A DNA stretch of 41,395 bases from Flavihumibacter sp. (GTDB taxonomy: Bacteria; Bacteroidota; Bacteroidia; Chitinophagales; Chitinophagaceae). The position numbers and the translations under genes were made by a program. The notes beneath the pieces were generated by a model. That model did no database searches. It was not told where the DNA came from and saw only the letters and a list, made by a program, of their open reading frames with translations. Positions 36,831 through 41,395 of this stretch are shown here, piece after piece (position 1 is the stretch's first letter; each line of letters starts with the position of its first letter). The stretch lies in the NCBI GenBank assembly GCA_036562745.1, contig DATCJQ010000472.1, positions 1-41,395 on the forward strand. Direction: 5' to 3'.

Positions 36831-37328
36831 ATGATTACAACGCAGATCGATACTGACTTTGAGAAATTCACCTTTCATGCAAAAAGAGAATTCGATGCGC
36901 CGGTGTCGCTGGTTTGGAGAGCATATACCGAAAAGGAATTGCTCGACCAATGGTGGGCACCCAGGCCCTGGAAGACGGAAACTGTAAGTCTCGACTTCCG
37001 GGTAGGCGGAAAATGGGTATACGATATGGTGGGACCCGCCGGAGAACGACACCAGGCCGTACAGATTTATAAAGAAATCGTATTTGAAGACTATTTCTCC
37101 GGAATCGATGCCTTTGTAGACGAGAAGGGGGAAATCAATGAATCCATGCCGGTAGCAAGCTGGAAAAATACATTTCTGAATACCAACAATGGAACATTGG
37201 TGATCGTAGAAGCAAAATATCCCAACAAAGAAGCATTGGAATTTGTGATGAACATGGGTGTTGATAAAGGGGTAACCATGGCACACGATAATCTGGCCGC
37301 ATTGCTTTCCTCCATCCAACACAATTAA
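36831..37328 (+). CDS. SRPBCC (AHSA1-like) domain protein
   Basis: REFDAPVSLVWRAYT...LDQWWAP...DFRVGGKWVYDMVGP. Confidence 0.9.
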   Translation: MITTQIDTDFEKFTFHAKREFDAPVSLVWRAYTEKELLDQWWAPRPWKTETVSLDFRVGGKWVYDMVGPAGERHQAVQIYKEIVFEDYFSGIDAFVDEKGEINESMPVASWKNTFLNTNNGTLVIVEAKYPNKEALEFVMNMGVDKGVTMAHDNLAALLSSIQHN

Positions 37329-37330
37329 CG

Positions 37331-38569
37331 ATGTTTAGGCTTGCCAATTATATTCTCCTATTATCCGTTTCCGCACTCCTTTCAGGCGGGGCAAAAAAGG
37401 GCCATTCCCAGGCTGAAAATATTGCCATTGTAAACATTGTATTGTTTGCGGAGCCGTATAAGCCGCCAGTTGAAAATGCCACCATTCTTATCAGTGAGGG
37501 GAAATTCCGGGAAGCCGGACCGGCTGAATCAATAAGAATTCCGGAGGGCTACCAGGTAATTAATGGCACAGGCAGGTACGCCATTGCAGGCTACTGGAAC
37601 AGTCATGTTCATTTTATGGAGCCGAAATGGAATGATGCGCACCAGTTATCAAAAGATAGTTTGGAACACCATTTACGGCAGATGTTTACATCCAGAGGCT
37701 TTGTATATGTATTTGATCTGGCCCAAATAGACTTTCAGAATATTCAGTCGATCAGAAACCGGGTGCAGTGGGAAAACCTGAAAAGCCCCACCATTCTTGC
37801 TGTCGGAGTTCCTTTTACATCGAAAAGTCCGTTCTACATCAGTCCCCTGAAACTTCCTGAATTATAATCCACAGAAGAAGTCGATACGCATATTGCCAAC
37901 CAGGTAAGCGCCGGTGCAGAGGGCATTAAAATCTGGACGGCCTCTCCAACGGGAACCCGTATTGATTATTTATCGCCGCAACTGATTCGAGAGGCAGCCA
38001 CCGCAGCGGCAAAATACAGGATCCCCCTCTTTGCCCATCCCTCTAATCTGAAGGGAGTGGAACTTGCCGTGGATAACGGCGTATCGGTGCTGGCACATGT
38101 GGCTGCCGATGACCGGCTCAACTGGGATTCGGGCCTGCTTCAAAAAATGATCAGGAACGAGGTGGCACTAATTCCCACGCTGAAGCTGCATTTCTGGGAT
38201 CAGCGTATGGCTGGAATCTCTACGGAGAATAATATGCTGATAAAGACAGCAATCCGGCAATTATCCGATTTCAATAAATCAGGCGGACTCGTTTTGTTCG
38301 GAACAGATGTGGGATATATGAGCGACTACGATATTGAAGAAGAATTAGTGCAAATGGAAAATGCAGGGATGAGCTTCGATCAGATACTGGCCTCGCTTAC
38401 CAGCAATCCGGCGAAAAAATTTAATCGGGCGGGGGAAACGGGAACCGTTGAGCGGGGCAAGAATGCGGATCTGGTTATCCTGAATGGCAATCCGGCTTCG
38501 GATATCCGAAACTTCACGAAGGTAGTTATGACTATTCATAATGGAAAGGTGGTTTTCGAAAAACATTAA
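37331..38569 (+). pseudogene. Amidohydrolase family gene interrupted by one in-frame TAA (37865-37867)
   Basis: The ORFs at 37331 and 38057 share a frame. Reading through the TAA gives ...LPEL*STEEVD...GAEGIKIW...FAHP...LAHV...FGTD...GKNADLVIL; HxH motif at WNSHVHF. Confidence 0.85.
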
Positions 38570-38588
38570 TCCCAATTACAATAAGGTT

Positions 38589-39224
38589 ATGATCCCGATT
38601 AATGATCTGCTATTATTTGCGCTGGCCGCCTTTGTGTTGGTGATCAGTCCCGGACCCAATATGGTTTATCTCATCTCCAGGACCCTGACACAGGGTAAAA
38701 GAGCCGGATTGATATCCCTGTCGGGAGTGGTTTGCGGATTCCTGTTTCATATTGTAATGGTATCGTTCGGATTATCTGCATTGCTGTTTGCAGTTCCCTT
38801 TACTTATTGGGTATTGAAAACATTGGGCACCGTATATCTACTTTACCTGGCATATCAGGCAATTAAACCGGGCAGCACGAATATTTTCGAAGTGAAAAAG
38901 GGCCTCCGGTATGATCAGCCGCAAAAGCTGTTTACGATTGGATTTCTCACCAATGTACTGAATCCGAAAGTAGCAGTATTTTACCTGTCGCTGTTTCCAC
39001 AGTTTATCAAACCCGAATATGGATCTGTCCTGATACAAAGCCTGGAGCTCGGGTTTACCCAGGTATTGATTAGTGCCTCCATCAACTCAGTAATTGTATT
39101 AAGTGCCGCGCAGGCCGCTTCATTTTTTAAGCAGAACCCAACCTGGCAGAAAATCCAGAAATGGTTTATGGCCGGTGTATTGGCGGGTATGGCAGTTAAA
39201 ATGGCCTTCTCAAAAGCCGAGTAA
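38589..39224 (+). CDS. LysE/RhtB family translocator
   Basis: ISPGPNM, YLLYLA and GFLTNVLNPKVAVFY motifs. Start set at ATG 38589. Confidence 0.92.
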   Translation: MIPINDLLLFALAAFVLVISPGPNMVYLISRTLTQGKRAGLISLSGVVCGFLFHIVMVSFGLSALLFAVPFTYWVLKTLGTVYLLYLAYQAIKPGSTNIFEVKKGLRYDQPQKLFTIGFLTNVLNPKVAVFYLSLFPQFIKPEYGSVLIQSLELGFTQVLISASINSVIVLSAAQAASFFKQNPTWQKIQKWFMAGVLAGMAVKMAFSKAE

Positions 39225-39256
39225 TTTTTCACCATTGTCAACTAAAATCAAATGCT

Positions 39257-39634
39257 ATGACGGAAGAACAATTGATCAGGCAGTTTCAGGAAATCGAAGA
39301 CCGGTTCAATCAGGCGGTTGTTTCCAACGATGTGGCGAAAATCAGAAAATATATTACGGATGATTGGGTGCTGGTGGACGGGCAGGGCGGTATCATACCG
39401 CAGGAACGATTCTTCAGCGTGGTGGAACAGGGGGCGCTCAGCCACAGCAGCATGACGAAACAGATTCTCCGCGTAAAGCTATACGGCAATATCGCATTGG
39501 TAACCGGCCGGGGACAAAACACCGGAACCTGGCAGGGACAACCCATGCAGGCCGATGAATGGATAACAGATGTTTATCAGAAAATAAACGATGAATGGCT
39601 TTGCATACTTACCCATCTCACTCCTGTAAAATGA
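39257..39634 (+). CDS. NTF2-like (DUF4440) protein
   Basis: Size and the VKLYGNIALVTG...TDVYQKINDEW...H pattern. Confidence 0.82.
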   Translation: MTEEQLIRQFQEIEDRFNQAVVSNDVAKIRKYITDDWVLVDGQGGIIPQERFFSVVEQGALSHSSMTKQILRVKLYGNIALVTGRGQNTGTWQGQPMQADEWITDVYQKINDEWLCILTHLTPVK

Positions 39635-40167
39635 AAAAGTCGCAAATAGATATCTTACCCGAATATTTTGATTATTATATCAACCTGAATGAGGATATCG
39701 AACTCGGAACGGCCTTTGACCGAAGCGTGGAGGAAATTGATGGTTTAAATCTTCATCTGCTTAAGGCGATCGGTTTAAGAACCTATGCCGAGGGCAAATG
39801 GACTGTCCACAAAATTATTCAGCATCTTACCGACTGGGAACGGATCTGGTGTTACCGGACCATTGTTGCTGCCCGCAAAGAAGGCACTGTTCCCGAGGGA
39901 TTGGAACAGGATATAATGGCCCGCAATTCCAATGCAGATGAATTGACGCTGGAGCAATTGTTAACCGAGCTCCGCACAGTTCGTATAGCAACCAAAGCAA
40001 TGTTCGATTCCTTTAATATGGATATTCTCCAAACCAACTGCAGGTTTTACACCTATGAAATGTCGGTCCTGGCCATCGGCTTCAGCATTATCGGGCATCA
40101 GCTTCATCATTTTAAAGTTATTGATGAAAAATACCGACCCCTCGCTCCTGCCCATCAGGACAACTAA
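39631..40167 (+). CDS. DinB family protein
   Basis: YAEGKWTVHKIIQHLTDWER and GHQLHH motifs; ATG 39631 overlaps the previous stop. Confidence 0.88.
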   Translation: MKKSQIDILPEYFDYYINLNEDIELGTAFDRSVEEIDGLNLHLLKAIGLRTYAEGKWTVHKIIQHLTDWERIWCYRTIVAARKEGTVPEGLEQDIMARNSNADELTLEQLLTELRTVRIATKAMFDSFNMDILQTNCRFYTYEMSVLAIGFSIIGHQLHHFKVIDEKYRPLAPAHQDN

Positions 40168-40179
40168 CCGGTAAAAACA

Positions 40180-40226
40180 TTTGCGCAACCGAATATTTGC
40201 TCATATATTTGCAATCAAATGGTTTC
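40180..40226 (+). promoter_or_regulatory. Promoter flanked by two ArsR/SdpR-type operator boxes (autoregulatory)
   Basis: TTTG (40180) N20 TATATTTG (40204); boxes GCAACCGAATATTTGC (40185-40200) and GCAATCAAATGGTTTC (40211-40226). Confidence 0.7.
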
Positions 40227-40230
40227 ATAT

Positions 40231-40557
40231 ATGAAAGCGAGAAGAGATGTATTTCAGGCGATAGCCGATCCGACCCGACGTGCGATTATCACCCTTATTG
40301 CAATGCAGGCCATGACGCCCAATGCCATTGCCGAACACTTTGATTCTACCCGACAAGCTGTTTCAAAACATTTACAAATACTGACCGAATGTGAGCTGGT
40401 TACCCAAAAGCAACAGGGCAGGGAAATCTATTATCAGCTGGAAGCCGCCAAACTAAAGGAAATTGATAAATGGCTGGAGCAATTCAGAAGAATTTGGGAA
40501 ACACGATTCGATCAGCTCGACCAAGTATTGTCCAAACTTAAGAGCAATAAAAAATGA
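40231..40557 (+). CDS. ArsR/SmtB family transcriptional repressor (SRPBCC-associated type)
   Basis: [25 protein letters not shown] and GREIYY motifs. Start set at ATG 40231. Confidence 0.93.
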   Translation: MKARRDVFQAIADPTRRAIITLIAMQAMTPNAIAEHFDSTRQAVSKHLQILTECELVTQKQQGREIYYQLEAAKLKEIDKWLEQFRRIWETRFDQLDQVLSKLKSNKK

Positions 40558-41395
40558 ACAGTAACCTTCAATTCGAATTCGCCGTAAACAAACAAAAGAA
40601 TGCGTTAAGCGTAACACGGGAATTTAATGCCGAGCTTGCGTTGGTTTGGGAAGCCTGGACAAATCCCGAAATTCTGGATCAATGGTGGGCGCCCAAGCCA
40701 TATAAAGCCCAAACGAAGAAAATGGATTTCCGTGAGGGAGGTGAATGGCTGTATGCGATGATCGGTCCGCGCAGCGACACCCAATGGTGCAAGGCCGAAT
40801 ACAGTAAGATTCATCCTCAGAAAAGCTATTCCTACAGGGATTGCCTCTGCGATGAAACCGGAGAATCGACCGAAGATTTTCCCGATTCGTATTGGACAAA
40901 TGTTTTCAGTGAACAGAACGGCAAAACCTGTGTGAACATCACCATTGAGTACAAGAGCCTGGAAGATCTTGAAAAAATCATCGACCTGGGATTCAAGGAA
41001 GGGTTCACGAAAGCGATGCAGAACCTCGATCAATACATTGAAGCAAAATTCAAACTCCGTATGCAGAACAAAATCAACAACCATCCCCGTGTTTGTACCT
41101 ACCTGAATTTCGACGGTAAAACCGAAGAAGCTTTCCTGTTCTACAAAAAGGTTTTTAAATCTGAGTTTGTTGGCAAAGGGATTCAACGCTTTGAAGATGT
41201 TCCCGCCAGCACCGAAACCTGGCCGCCTGTTGCTGAAGAAGTAAAGAAGATGGTCCTCCATGTGGAACTACCAATCACCGGGGGGCATATTTTAATGGGT
41301 ACGGACGCGCCCAGTGAAATGGGATTCAAACTTTCCACCGGCAACAAAATGCATATCTGCATAGAGCCTGAGTCGCGGGAGGAAGCCGACAGATT
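40554..41395 (+). CDS. SRPBCC + VOC (PhnB-like) fusion protein, 3' end runs off the window
   Basis: Not in ORF track. MNSNLQFEF...[15 protein letters not shown]...LDQWWAP continues in frame into [19 protein letters not shown]...VLHVELPI...LMGTD. Confidence 0.88.
   Translation, partial: MNSNLQFEFAVNKQKNALSVTREFNAELALVWEAWTNPEILDQWWAPKPYKAQTKKMDFREGGEWLYAMIGPRSDTQWCKAEYSKIHPQKSYSYRDCLCDETGESTEDFPDSYWTNVFSEQNGKTCVNITIEYKSLEDLEKIIDLGFKEGFTKAMQNLDQYIEAKFKLRMQNKINNHPRVCTYLNFDGKTEEAFLFYKKVFKSEFVGKGIQRFEDVPASTETWPPVAEEVKKMVLHVELPITGGHILMGTDAPSEMGFKLSTGNKMHICIEPESREEADR

Noticed and set aside
37865-37867. Programmed readthrough, selenocysteine or alternative genetic code
   Set aside because: The codon is TAA, which ends many genes in this window; Sec and Pyl use TGA and TAG.
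75-41261. Numerous antisense or alternate-frame ORFs (e.g. 20894-21805, 19813-20541, 30706-31353, 40605-41261)
   Set aside because: They are shadows of well-supported genes and have no recognisable motifs.
1-41395. CRISPR arrays, tRNA/rRNA, IS elements, prophage or known defence genes
   Set aside because: No repeat-spacer periodicity, RNA-gene signature, transposase, integrase or defence-type domain recognised by eye; an Infernal or HMM scan was not possible.

Overview
A 41.4-kb, gene-dense chromosomal window from a Bacteroidota bacterium, probably Chitinophagaceae-like (inferred from TAnnTTTG -7 promoters, AT-rich translation starts without Shine-Dalgarno motifs, many lipoproteins and typical gene families). 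I found no rRNA, tRNA, CRISPR array or transposase. Most genes are transport, hydrolase and regulator genes. The most notable items are: (1) an ORF missed by the supplied track, 33268-33387, encoding a 39-aa, 9-Cys metallothionein-like peptide with its own promoter and a terminator whose 3' arm is tandemly duplicated, followed by a GNAT with a 6-Cys tail; (2) a candidate copper-uptake operon (Cys-rich, Pro-Pro-ending leader ORF; Met/His-rich lipoprotein; OprC-like TonB receptor); (3) a secreted TPR/MORN-repeat protein with one active and one apparently inactive DUF3857-transglutaminase; (4) readable operators for a LacI/phospholipase C pair and an ArsR/SRPBCC regulon; (5) an amidohydrolase broken by a single in-frame TAA. 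All family calls come from motif recognition, not database searches.
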